Shown here in pieces: positions 20,158-29,520 of a stretch of 60,769 nucleotides of DNA. Source of the DNA: a virus (Duplodnaviria; Caudoviricetes); IMG/VR virus record IMGVR_UViG_3300009182_004229, positions 1-60,769 of that record; one strand, 5' to 3'. The notes under the pieces are model-generated. The model saw only the letters and a program-made list of their open reading frames with translations. It did not search any database and was not told where the DNA came from. The translations under genes and the position numbers were made by a program. Position 1 is the stretch's first letter. Each line of letters begins with the position of its first letter.

Positions 20158-21413
20158 CCGTGCACTGGGTGTTTGACGATCCCACAAGGTTCAGGACCAT
20201 GACGGCCTGCCCAGTGACCACCCTGGGTGTGAGAGATCACTTGGTAACTGGTAGGTTTCCCATTGCCAATTTCTTCCATTACTGGCGCAACAACTTTTGG
20301 AACCGATCCGACGTGGTATGGCAGCACAGCAGCGTCGCCGATCGTCCACGCAACTATGCCTACAACATAGGCACGTGGCAGGATGCGCAGTATTGGACCG
20401 GTTGGCAGGGCAACCAAGTTGGTTTCGACTGCTTTCTCAACCACGTGCCGCCAGAGGTCATGGCCGATGCTCAGCAGGGCCGCGCGCTGTTGGTCATAGA
20501 CAATCTCAACGAAGGTTTCTATGAACCGAGGCTCTATGAGTATCTGCATCAGTGCTGTGCAGAGTATGCGCTGCCTCCCAGCTCGCTGTGCTTTCTCACT
20601 GGCAATGATCTTGATCACAGAGGCTATGCTGAATGGTGCGACGGTCTTGGCATCAGGGCTCGCATCACCATCATTGGATTCCCGCACCTGCTGTACATGC
20701 AGCAGCTGAACCTACGAAACAGCACGCGACTAACCTGGGAAGATCAGATAGCTGCCAAGCGAGACGGCAGGCCAATCAGCCTTTACAACTGCCTCAACAG
20801 GGTCAGCAGGCAGCACCGCGAGCTCATGGTCATGAAGCTGATCGAGTCAGACCTACATCAGGAAGGCCTGGTCAGCCACAACCAGCTATGGTATCATGGC
20901 TGGCCAGACTGGGGCGTGCCGGAAGCTGTGATCAACAAGGCTCAGGCCACGCTGCCACTGATAGTGGATGACGCAGACTTTGGCAACAACAAGGCCATGC
21001 ACATCAATACCAGCATCTACACCAACAGCTGGTTCAGCGTGATCAACGAGACCCATGCCTTTGACGAGCCACACAATCTGTTCATCAGCGAAAAGCTGTG
21101 GAAACCAATCTGGGCGCTGCAGCCGTTCATGGTCTGGGGTCACCAGAACACGCTGGCACTGCTGCGCAGCTGGGGCTTCGAAACCTATGGCTGCCTCTGG
21201 GACGAGATCTATGACAGCCAAACCGATCTAGCCAGGTTGGAGCTGATACTGCAGAACCTGCGCGAAGCACGGTGGCACAGGGACAAGCTGCACTGGTGGA
21301 TGCGCTGCCGAGAAGTCTGCGAGCACAACCAACAGCTGTTCTGCGGCATGGATTGGTTCAACAGCAGCCACCATCAGCAGTTCCTTGCTGCCTATCGTGG
21401 ACTAAACAGCTGA
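20154..21413 (+). CDS. Hypothetical protein, possible GT-B glycosyltransferase-like
   Basis: LNRVSRQHR..FSVINET..FISEKLWKPI..QPF..GFETY; the SEK motif recalls GT10-like folds. Confidence 0.55.
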   Translation: MTVHWVFDDPTRFRTMTACPVTTLGVRDHLVTGRFPIANFFHYWRNNFWNRSDVVWQHSSVADRPRNYAYNIGTWQDAQYWTGWQGNQVGFDCFLNHVPPEVMADAQQGRALLVIDNLNEGFYEPRLYEYLHQCCAEYALPPSSLCFLTGNDLDHRGYAEWCDGLGIRARITIIGFPHLLYMQQLNLRNSTRLTWEDQIAAKRDGRPISLYNCLNRVSRQHRELMVMKLIESDLHQEGLVSHNQLWYHGWPDWGVPEAVINKAQATLPLIVDDADFGNNKAMHINTSIYTNSWFSVINETHAFDEPHNLFISEKLWKPIWALQPFMVWGHQNTLALLRSWGFETYGCLWDEIYDSQTDLARLELILQNLREARWHRDKLHWWMRCREVCEHNQQLFCGMDWFNSSHHQQFLAAYRGLNS

Positions 21414-23317
21414 TGAAGAAACTCTATCTCTCGCAGATCAACAACAGCTTTGGTGGGCAGGCCTTCCTGCCCTATTCAGTGGGCATGCTGTGGAGCTACG
21501 CAGCAAGCCAGCCTGACATCGCACACAGCTATGAGCTGGGCGGCCTGCTGTTCCTTCGCGAACCCTTGGACACTGCGGCTGATCGCATGGTGGACCCAGA
21601 CGTGCTGGCTCTCAGCTGCTATCTGTGGAACTGGAACTATAACATGGCACTGGCCAAGCTGGTGAAGCAGAGATATCCCAGCTGCGTGATAGTACTGGGT
21701 GGACCAGAAGTGCCCAGCAGTGGTTTTGATTCCGAGATCACGGTTGCTGACTATCTGGTGCATGACGAAGGCGAGATCACTTTCGTGGAACTGCTGCGAG
21801 TGATCAGAGATGGTGGTGATCCTGCTGGTGTGCAGGGCATCAGCTATCTGCGAGATGGTGTGGCTCACAAAACAGAATCTCGTGCGCGCCTAGCAGATCT
21901 CTCAGTGCTACCAAGCCCTTATCTCAGTGGGTTGTTCGCTAAGCTGATCCGAGAAAATCCGCAGATAGCTTGGCATGCCAGCCAAGAGACACATAGAGGC
22001 TGCCCCTACAGCTGTACCTTCTGCGACTGGGGATCAGCTGTGTACACCAAGATACGGCAGTTTGACACAGCTCGCTTGGTCAGCGAACTTTCTTGGTTTG
22101 GCACCAACCGTATCGATCTGCTCTACAACTGCGACGCCAACTATGGAATCTATGCTCGCGATCTGGACATCACTGCTGAGATGGTGAAAACCAAGCAGCA
22201 GTGGGGCTATCCTCAGAAGTTCCGTGCCAGCTATGCCAAGCGCAGCGATCAAAAGGTCTTTGACATAGCCAAGCTGCTGAACGATGCTGGCATGAGCAAG
22301 GGTGTGACGCTGAGCATGCAGAGCATGGATCCACACACATTGGGGATCATCAAGCGCAAGAACATAGCCATCGAAGACTTCCGACCCCTGGTTGATCGCT
22401 ATAGGCAGCAGAACATAGCAACCTACACAGAACTGATAATAGGCCTGCCGGGCGAGACGCTGCACAGCTATAAACAGGGCATCGAGACACTGTTACAGGG
22501 TGGGCAGCACGACAACCTAGTGATCTACACCTGCATGGTGCTGCGCAATTCAGAGATGGCAGATCCCAGACACATGGCTGAGCAGGGCATACGAAAGCAG
22601 CGTGTACCTCTGATGGACAATCACAGCAGCACTCGTCCAGATGAGATACCGGAATACAATGACATAGTGATCGCGACCAGCAGCATGCCTCATGACGATT
22701 GGCGAGCTGCCTATAGGATCAGCTGGATCGTGCAGGCACTGCATTGCCTTGGTCTCACTCAGTATCTGGCCATGGACTATTGGCGAGTGAACGGCAGCTA
22801 TACCGAGTTCTATGAGCGCTTGCTGCGAGCACACCGTGACCAACCCACACTGCTGGGCGCACAGATTGCTAGGATCGATCACACGCTGGATCGCATGCTG
22901 GATGGCGCCGAGGATCTGGGCCAGAGCGATAGCCGTTTCGGTGACATCAACTGGCCAGTTGAAGAGCTGACATTCCTGCAGCTGCGATCAGACAGCACTC
23001 GTTTCTATGCTGAGCTTGTGCCTTTCCTGCGTGATTGGATGACCGATGATCACATCGCAGACGCAGTGCACTTCCAGCAGCAGTGGATACTGGGACCCGA
23101 TCACGAGACAGATGAAGCACACAGCTATGGCCATGACATACCCAGCATGATCACTGCCGCGCTGCGCTGCACGCCAGGTCCAGTGCTACGGCAACCAGTA
23201 TCCGTGAGCTTTGAGTCCGCATCCTATCCCCGCAGCAGCCAAGACTGGGCGCGACAGATAGTTTGGTATGGCAGGAAACAGGTGTTACACAAGAGGAGGA
23301 TACATGAGATTGCTTGA
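21413..23317 (+). CDS. Cobalamin-dependent radical SAM protein
   Basis: LSCYLWN..VLGGPEV B12-binding-like domain; ETHRGCPYSCTFCDW; ELIIGLPGET. Confidence 0.9.
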   Translation: MKKLYLSQINNSFGGQAFLPYSVGMLWSYAASQPDIAHSYELGGLLFLREPLDTAADRMVDPDVLALSCYLWNWNYNMALAKLVKQRYPSCVIVLGGPEVPSSGFDSEITVADYLVHDEGEITFVELLRVIRDGGDPAGVQGISYLRDGVAHKTESRARLADLSVLPSPYLSGLFAKLIRENPQIAWHASQETHRGCPYSCTFCDWGSAVYTKIRQFDTARLVSELSWFGTNRIDLLYNCDANYGIYARDLDITAEMVKTKQQWGYPQKFRASYAKRSDQKVFDIAKLLNDAGMSKGVTLSMQSMDPHTLGIIKRKNIAIEDFRPLVDRYRQQNIATYTELIIGLPGETLHSYKQGIETLLQGGQHDNLVIYTCMVLRNSEMADPRHMAEQGIRKQRVPLMDNHSSTRPDEIPEYNDIVIATSSMPHDDWRAAYRISWIVQALHCLGLTQYLAMDYWRVNGSYTEFYERLLRAHRDQPTLLGAQIARIDHTLDRMLDGAEDLGQSDSRFGDINWPVEELTFLQLRSDSTRFYAELVPFLRDWMTDDHIADAVHFQQQWILGPDHETDEAHSYGHDIPSMITAALRCTPGPVLRQPVSVSFESASYPRSSQDWARQIVWYGRKQVLHKRRIHEIA

Positions 23318-23414
23318 TTGGCTTTTGTCCCCATACCGGCGCTGGCGTAGCTGGCGCAGATACCAACAGCGCATGTCTGAGCTGCGCAAGCGCGATCCGT
23401 TCATCTACAGATGA
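23304..23414 (+). CDS. 36-aa basic, aromatic-rich micro-protein (not in ORF track)
   Basis: MRLLDWLLSPYRRWRSWRRYQQRMSELRKRDPFIYR; GAGGAGGA upstream; ATGA overlap with the next gene. Confidence 0.75.
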   Translation: MRLLDWLLSPYRRWRSWRRYQQRMSELRKRDPFIYR

Positions 23415-24223
23415 GCACGGCCAGGCTCATAGCATTTGGCGACAGCTGGACCTGGGGCAGCGAGCTGCGAGACCCAAGCATACCAGGCTTGCGCGAGGAC
23501 TTTGACCATCGAGACAGTGGCTATAGGCTTGAGCATGTGTGGAGCAGCTGCCTCGGTCGTGCCATTGGCAGAGATGACGTGATAAATCTAGCTTGGCCTG
23601 GCTGCAGCAATGACACCATTCTGCGCAGTCTCACCGAGTGGCTGATCACACAGGGATATCTGCAGGGCCAGGACCCGAGCAGGGATCTAGTAGCCATAGG
23701 TTGGACCAGCCCTGAACGCAGAGATTTTTGGTTCCATGACGTGGATGATCCCAGCTGCGTCGATCGGGGGTGGTTGACCATGTATCCCATGTGGACTCAC
23801 ACCTACAAGCATGCTGCAATCAACAGGTTCAGCAGAGAATACGTGCGGTATTGGTGGCATGCTGCGGAATACATGCATCGCTATATCAACACCATACATC
23901 GTGCTCAGCAGCTGCTAGAGGCCGCAGGCGTTGAATACTTCATGTTTCAGGCCATATACCACCATCATCAGCAGCTGATCACCGAATGGAATGATCAGCA
24001 GTATCAGGTCCAGCACGAGCTGAAGATCAGCGACGCAGACAGGCAGATATGGCAGCTGATAGACGGTGATCGATTCATGCACAAGGATCAACCTCTGGCC
24101 ACGTTTCACAATCACATAATCGGAGACCGTGATCCCAGAGAAGTTCTGCTGATCAGCCATCCCAACGAGCTGGGCCATCGACTGTGGGCTGATCATATCT
24201 GTGATTGGTTGACGCAGCGATGA
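23411..24223 (+). CDS. SGNH/GDSL-like hydrolase or acyltransferase
   Basis: AFGDSWTWG, NLAWPGCSN and C-terminal HPNELGH. Confidence 0.75.
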   Translation: MSTARLIAFGDSWTWGSELRDPSIPGLREDFDHRDSGYRLEHVWSSCLGRAIGRDDVINLAWPGCSNDTILRSLTEWLITQGYLQGQDPSRDLVAIGWTSPERRDFWFHDVDDPSCVDRGWLTMYPMWTHTYKHAAINRFSREYVRYWWHAAEYMHRYINTIHRAQQLLEAAGVEYFMFQAIYHHHQQLITEWNDQQYQVQHELKISDADRQIWQLIDGDRFMHKDQPLATFHNHIIGDRDPREVLLISHPNELGHRLWADHICDWLTQR

Positions 24224-24966
24224 GAGCAGCTGTTTTTCTCAGAGGCCACAGGCGTACCTGGGATCAGACCCGCGACGCCATGACCCAGACCATGTCAGCC
24301 ATCTGTGACCAAACCCACTACTATATCTGCCAATGGCGCACAGACAGCTGCAGAGATTTCGATGCTTACAGAGACATGCAGATCATGCATGCGGAGCTAA
24401 CAGGTCCCGAGCATTGGGATATCGCAGACAACATCAACAGCGCTACTGCGCCTAGCTGGCAATCGCTGCGTTGTTATAAAGCTATGAAGGCCACTGGCAT
24501 TGACTATGACATGATCATCGATACCAGATCAGATATCTGGATATCGCCCACTGAGATCAAGATTAGCCTGCCTCGGCAGGGAGAGATCTACACCACCAAG
24601 CTGGAGAATCCCTGGTATGACAGTGTGATGCCTGGCATGGAGGATCACTTGTTTGCTGCCGAACCAACCACCATGGGTATATGGTGCCAAAGGCACCTGA
24701 GACCACGCAGTGACATCAGCTTCAATCACTGCATACTGTGGCAATACTGCGTGGATCTAGGGCTTGAACCAAGGCAGATACCGTGGTTATTGTCACGGTT
24801 CGTGCGTCCAAACGTGGGCCATGCACCGCAGCATGACAGCGGGTTGTTGAGTACCCTGCAGCATGAATGGACAGGCCTTTCGCAGCAAGCAAGGCTGGCC
24901 CACTGCTTGGCTATGGGCATCGATCCCAGAGAATATGCGGCAGAATATCACATAGGACCATGTTAA
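24220..24966 (+). CDS. Hypothetical protein, possible glycosyltransferase-like fold
   Basis: AAVFLRG start and YDMIIDTRSDI; resembles 1428..2129; ATGA coupled. Confidence 0.55.
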   Translation: MRAAVFLRGHRRTWDQTRDAMTQTMSAICDQTHYYICQWRTDSCRDFDAYRDMQIMHAELTGPEHWDIADNINSATAPSWQSLRCYKAMKATGIDYDMIIDTRSDIWISPTEIKISLPRQGEIYTTKLENPWYDSVMPGMEDHLFAAEPTTMGIWCQRHLRPRSDISFNHCILWQYCVDLGLEPRQIPWLLSRFVRPNVGHAPQHDSGLLSTLQHEWTGLSQQARLAHCLAMGIDPREYAAEYHIGPC

Positions 24967-25022
24967 CACTTGCTGAACTGGCCGCGCGAACCGCATAATT
25001 ATCTCATAGCCGGAGGACAGAC

Positions 25023-26183
25023 ATGCGCGTGGGTATGATAGGTTTGGGCAAGCTGGGCTTGCCTGTGGCAGAGGCCATGGCAAGAACACATGATGTCATG
25101 GGCACTGACATACGACCAGTGACCACTGAACGTGTCAAGCTGGGCACCTTGGCCGAAGTGGCTGCTCACAGCGAGATACTGTTCATAGCAGTGCCAACAC
25201 CGCACGACCCGGCCTACGATGGCAGTGCTCCCACCAGCCACTTGCCCAGCAAGGATTTTGATTACAGCACCGTGATCGCTGTGCTGCAGCAGCTAGAACA
25301 CTGTGACATCGAAAACACAACAGTGGTGCTGATCAGCACAGTGCTGCCAGGCACGCTACGCAGGCAGCTGGCTAGGCATATCAGCAAGACCAACTTGGTC
25401 TACAATCCCTATCTCATAGCCATGGGCACCGTGGCACACGACATGGTCCATCCAGAGATGATACTGATCGGCACGGCCACTGGCACAGAAGATGCTGCCG
25501 TGGAACAGCTCAGGGCATTCTATGCGCCCATGATGCAGAACGATCCCAGGGTGATCACAGGCACCTGGGAAGAGATGGAAGCCATCAAGATCTTCTACAA
25601 CACCTTCATCTCAGCCAAGATTGGCCTGGTCAACATGATACAGGACGTGGCCGAGAGAGTGGGTAACATGGACAGCGACTTGGTTGCCCGTGCGCTGGCA
25701 GACAGCACGCAGAGGATCATGGGTCCGGCCTACATGAAACCAGGCATGGGCGACGGTGGACCCTGCCATCCCAGAGACAACATAGCACTGCGCTGGTTGG
25801 CCCAGCGCTTGGACCTGGGCTATGATCTGTTTGACGGCATCATGCGTGCTCGCGAAGTGCAGGCCGACAACCTAGCACGCGAGCTGGTCAGCCACAACCT
25901 ACCCGTGGTCATACTGGGCAAGAGCTACAAGCAGGGCGTGGATCACACAGACGGCAGCTATAGCCTGCTGGTTGGACACTGCTGCGAGTCCAGAGGTGCT
26001 GTGGTCAGCTATGATGCGATCAGCCTGGCCCCAGCTGTGTATCTGCTGGCACATCAGCGCTATTACACAACAGAGATGGAACAGATTGCTCAGGGCAGCG
26101 TGGTGGTGGATCCATGGCGCAGTACCACAGTGCCAGATGGCATAGAGCTGATACCCTATGGTAACACGAGAAGCATCACATGA
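25023..26183 (+). CDS. UDP-glucose/GDP-mannose dehydrogenase family protein
   Basis: GLGKLG, FIAVPTP, ISTVLPG, KIFYN, GDGGPCHPRD. Confidence 0.92.
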   Translation: MRVGMIGLGKLGLPVAEAMARTHDVMGTDIRPVTTERVKLGTLAEVAAHSEILFIAVPTPHDPAYDGSAPTSHLPSKDFDYSTVIAVLQQLEHCDIENTTVVLISTVLPGTLRRQLARHISKTNLVYNPYLIAMGTVAHDMVHPEMILIGTATGTEDAAVEQLRAFYAPMMQNDPRVITGTWEEMEAIKIFYNTFISAKIGLVNMIQDVAERVGNMDSDLVARALADSTQRIMGPAYMKPGMGDGGPCHPRDNIALRWLAQRLDLGYDLFDGIMRAREVQADNLARELVSHNLPVVILGKSYKQGVDHTDGSYSLLVGHCCESRGAVVSYDAISLAPAVYLLAHQRYYTTEMEQIAQGSVVVDPWRSTTVPDGIELIPYGNTRSIT

Positions 26184-27157
26184 GCACAGACATACTGAAC
26201 GGCTACACTCGCCTGGAACATGCCAACACTGAGTTGGCCAAGATAATCAACGTAAACTGGTGCATGGGCAACACCTGTAACTTTGAGTGCAGCTACTGCC
26301 CCAAGAGCCTGCATGATGGCAGCCATGGTTGGTATGACTATGACAGCGTGCTGCAGTTCTGTGAACGCATCATAGATCACTACAAGAGCACCATATACTT
26401 TGAGTTCACCGGCGGCGAAGTCACGCTGTGGAAGCACTTCCCAGATCTCTGCCAGTGGCTCAAGGCTCGAGGCTGCAGGGTAGGTTTCATCAGCAACAGT
26501 TCTCGCACCCTGCGCTGGTGGGAAGACATCTTGGATCACGTGGACCACGTGTGCCTCAGCTTCCATCCCGAAGCAGGTGACAAGTCGCACTTCCTGCAGG
26601 TGGCAGCCATGACCAGCCAGCGCATACGCACGCACGTTAACCTCATGATGCTGCCGGATCGCTTTGATGAGCTCTATGACTTTGCGGTGCGGCTCACGGA
26701 GATTACCAACATCAGCATGGCGCTGCAGCCACTGCTGATCAACTTTGGTGAGGAAGTCTATCCCTATGCACCAGAGCAGCAGGAACGCATCGACAGGCAG
26801 TATGAGCTGGTCAGCAAGCACATCACTCATGATCGGCAGTTTGAAAACTACCGAGGTGCCATGGCCATGGTACGTCCAGATGGCAAGCGAGTGGTCATGG
26901 CCCCGCAGAAGTTCATCAGCCAGCAGGTCAACAGCTGGCAGGGCTGGCACTGCTGGGCAGGTCTAGAAAACATCATCGTGGACATGGACGGCAAGATATA
27001 CCGAGGATGGTGCCGCGAGGGTGGCAGCATAGGTCATGTGCTTGACCAAGATCTGAACCTACCTCTAGCTCCGGTGCTGTGCACCAAGAACCGCTGCCAC
27101 TGCAACTTTGACATAATGTGCACCAAGGAGAAGATCAATGGACTTCACGCCGGGTAA
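26180..27157 (+). CDS. Radical SAM protein with C-terminal Cys-rich domain
   Basis: CNFECSYC, TGGEV, WQGWHCWAG..C..CHC. Confidence 0.88.
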   Translation: MSTDILNGYTRLEHANTELAKIINVNWCMGNTCNFECSYCPKSLHDGSHGWYDYDSVLQFCERIIDHYKSTIYFEFTGGEVTLWKHFPDLCQWLKARGCRVGFISNSSRTLRWWEDILDHVDHVCLSFHPEAGDKSHFLQVAAMTSQRIRTHVNLMMLPDRFDELYDFAVRLTEITNISMALQPLLINFGEEVYPYAPEQQERIDRQYELVSKHITHDRQFENYRGAMAMVRPDGKRVVMAPQKFISQQVNSWQGWHCWAGLENIIVDMDGKIYRGWCREGGSIGHVLDQDLNLPLAPVLCTKNRCHCNFDIMCTKEKINGLHAG

Positions 27158-28160
27158 ACCACTGCGAGCCTATGCTGCTGACGGCACGTGGCGCGACTTC
27201 AGCACTGACGAGATAGTGGGACAGAGGCTCAACTACTATAAAGGTTGGCACTGTGGCGTAGGTGTGGAGAACCTGTTCATCGACTCAGACGGCATGGTGC
27301 ATGGTGCTAACTGCAGGGTAGGTGGCAAGCTTGGCAACGTTTTTGACGATTTTGCCATACCCACACACTGGTCTACCTGTGACCTACCAACTTGCTCGTG
27401 CGGCAGCGATCTTTTCATTCCCAAGAGCCGCACTCCCGATTTGGCCAAGCTGCTGCGCAGGACGCAGGACTTGGCAACCGAAGTAGGCAAGCGAGACTCC
27501 CAGCTGCGAGACATAGCCGCGCTGGAGCGCACCCATGCCAGCAGCGTGAAGCAGGTGTTCTGGGAGATAGGCAGGCGCTGCAACTTTGACTGCAGCTACT
27601 GTTCTCCTAAGATACACAATAACTTCGAAGCTCACAAGAGCTTGGACGAGCTGATGTCAGCTACCCAGAGGATACAGGACAAGTTCATAGGACAAGGGCG
27701 CTGCAACTTCATAATCAGCGGCGGAGAGCCAACAGCTAACTCGGCTTTCCTGGACTGGTGCAGATACATCAACAGCTGCGGCTATCATCTCAGCATGCAC
27801 AGCAACGGTAGCAGGCGACCGGAATACTACAGCGAGCTGATCAACTACGGTGATCTCAATCTCAGCGCTCACTATGAGTTCTGGAACCAAGATAGGTTCC
27901 TTGAAGTGGTAAATGCTGTCACACAGCAGAAGTTCAGCAAGCACAACCGAGGCGTGGGACATCTCGAGATAAAGCTGATGATGAAACCCGGAACCACTGA
28001 CGACACGCTGGCATTCGAAGATAGGCTCAAGGCCATACCAAACTTTACCAACTACTGCACCTGGGCCATAGTGCCAGTGCGAGACAATGAAGATCGCCAT
28101 CTGTTAGATGGCTACAGCAACAGCGACTTTGAGCTGTTTGGAGACCGTAATGGCAAGTAA
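27138..28160 (+). CDS. Radical SAM protein with N-terminal Cys-rich domain
   Basis: YKGWHCGVG..C..CSC, then CNFDCSYC and SGGEP. Confidence 0.88.
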   Translation: MDFTPGKPLRAYAADGTWRDFSTDEIVGQRLNYYKGWHCGVGVENLFIDSDGMVHGANCRVGGKLGNVFDDFAIPTHWSTCDLPTCSCGSDLFIPKSRTPDLAKLLRRTQDLATEVGKRDSQLRDIAALERTHASSVKQVFWEIGRRCNFDCSYCSPKIHNNFEAHKSLDELMSATQRIQDKFIGQGRCNFIISGGEPTANSAFLDWCRYINSCGYHLSMHSNGSRRPEYYSELINYGDLNLSAHYEFWNQDRFLEVVNAVTQQKFSKHNRGVGHLEIKLMMKPGTTDDTLAFEDRLKAIPNFTNYCTWAIVPVRDNEDRHLLDGYSNSDFELFGDRNGK

Positions 28161-29520
28161 CATACGCAACACAGCCTGCAGCTTTGCCTGGGACTATCCC
28201 AACATCATGTTCAGTGGCAGCAAGATCAAGAACTGCTGCCGCGGACCTTGGTCCAAGCCATCACATGCTGACATGGACAGGCAGGGCGTGGATCTGTTCA
28301 GCAACCACGAACCCATGCTGGAGGTGAAGTCAGCGCTGCTGCGAGGCCAGAAACACAGGTTCTGCAGCAAGTGCTATGAGGCCGAGCAGGCCGGCGTGGG
28401 CAGCCCGCGCAATGGTCTGGGTGGGCTGGCCAGCTACGTGGAAAGGACCAACTACTTCCCAGGCAAGTCAGCCACGGAGATAGAACAGCTGCTGCTGTCA
28501 CTGACACCGCAGCAGCAGGCAGAGATAGCACGCCTGCGATCGCCCAACCTCATCGAGATATCGCTGGACAGCACCTGCGATCTCAAGTGCATGTACTGCA
28601 ACCTCTACTACAGCACCCAGTGGGCTTCAGAAGCGCTGCAGCATGGCGACGTCACGCCAGACGTGCTGCGCCGCGAGCTGCCGGACACTGATCCGCGGTT
28701 CGAGCAGCTGTTCTGGGAATGGTTCGAGAGCTATGCCTATGAGCAGGCAGAATGCATCAACTTCATAGGTGGAGAGCCCTTGATCATTGACCGCTACTAC
28801 CAGTACATGGAGAGGATCACTGCCAAGTATCTCAGCGCGGGGCGCACGCGGCCACTGTACATGTCAGCAGTGACCAATCTCAACACGCCTCCTCGCTACA
28901 TGGATCGCTGGCTGGACTGCATCGGCAAGCTGTTGGACTGCAGCAGCCAGACCCGCATGGTGATCAAGATCAGCCAAGAGAGCCTGGGCGCACGCGCAGA
29001 GTTCATACGCACCGGCCTCAGCTGGACGCGCTTCGAGTCAAACTTCAATCGCCTGCTGCGTTTCAAGCAGGAGCATGCTGAAGCATGGCGCATCAGGATC
29101 GACATCATTGCTAGCCACAATGCGCTGTCGGTCAGCGATTCACCTGCGTTCTTTGCCTGGGTGGCCGATCTGGTTGATGCGCATAGCACGGAGATAGGCA
29201 TCAACCCACAGCAGATACAGTATCCTCAGTGGTTAAACGTGTCAGTGCTGCCTGCCAGCTACGGCAGCTATCTGCAGCGCAGCGCCGATCTGCTGCGATC
29301 ACGCCGAAGGCACCAGATCGACGATGTGCACAGGGACTGGCTGCCCTACGCTGATTGGCTTGACGGGCTGGCCAAGAGCATCAGAGATCCACACAAGCCG
29401 CGCGAGCACCAGCAGGCTTTCGTGCGAGAGCTGGACAAGCTGTGCCATCGGCGTGGTCTGGACTTTGCTGCCACCTTCCCTGAGATGATGGAATTCTATC
29501 AGACATGCAAGGCCCTATGA
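28150..29520 (+). CDS. Twitch-domain radical SAM protein
   Basis: CSFAW..CC..CSKC; CDLKCMYC; IGGEP. Confidence 0.88.
   Translation: MASNIRNTACSFAWDYPNIMFSGSKIKNCCRGPWSKPSHADMDRQGVDLFSNHEPMLEVKSALLRGQKHRFCSKCYEAEQAGVGSPRNGLGGLASYVERTNYFPGKSATEIEQLLLSLTPQQQAEIARLRSPNLIEISLDSTCDLKCMYCNLYYSTQWASEALQHGDVTPDVLRRELPDTDPRFEQLFWEWFESYAYEQAECINFIGGEPLIIDRYYQYMERITAKYLSAGRTRPLYMSAVTNLNTPPRYMDRWLDCIGKLLDCSSQTRMVIKISQESLGARAEFIRTGLSWTRFESNFNRLLRFKQEHAEAWRIRIDIIASHNALSVSDSPAFFAWVADLVDAHSTEIGINPQQIQYPQWLNVSVLPASYGSYLQRSADLLRSRRRHQIDDVHRDWLPYADWLDGLAKSIRDPHKPREHQQAFVRELDKLCHRRGLDFAATFPEMMEFYQTCKAL

Noticed and set aside
23314-23505. 63-aa ORF from the track
   Set aside because: The 23304-23414 frame has a better RBS and coupling, and this ORF overlaps the SGNH gene
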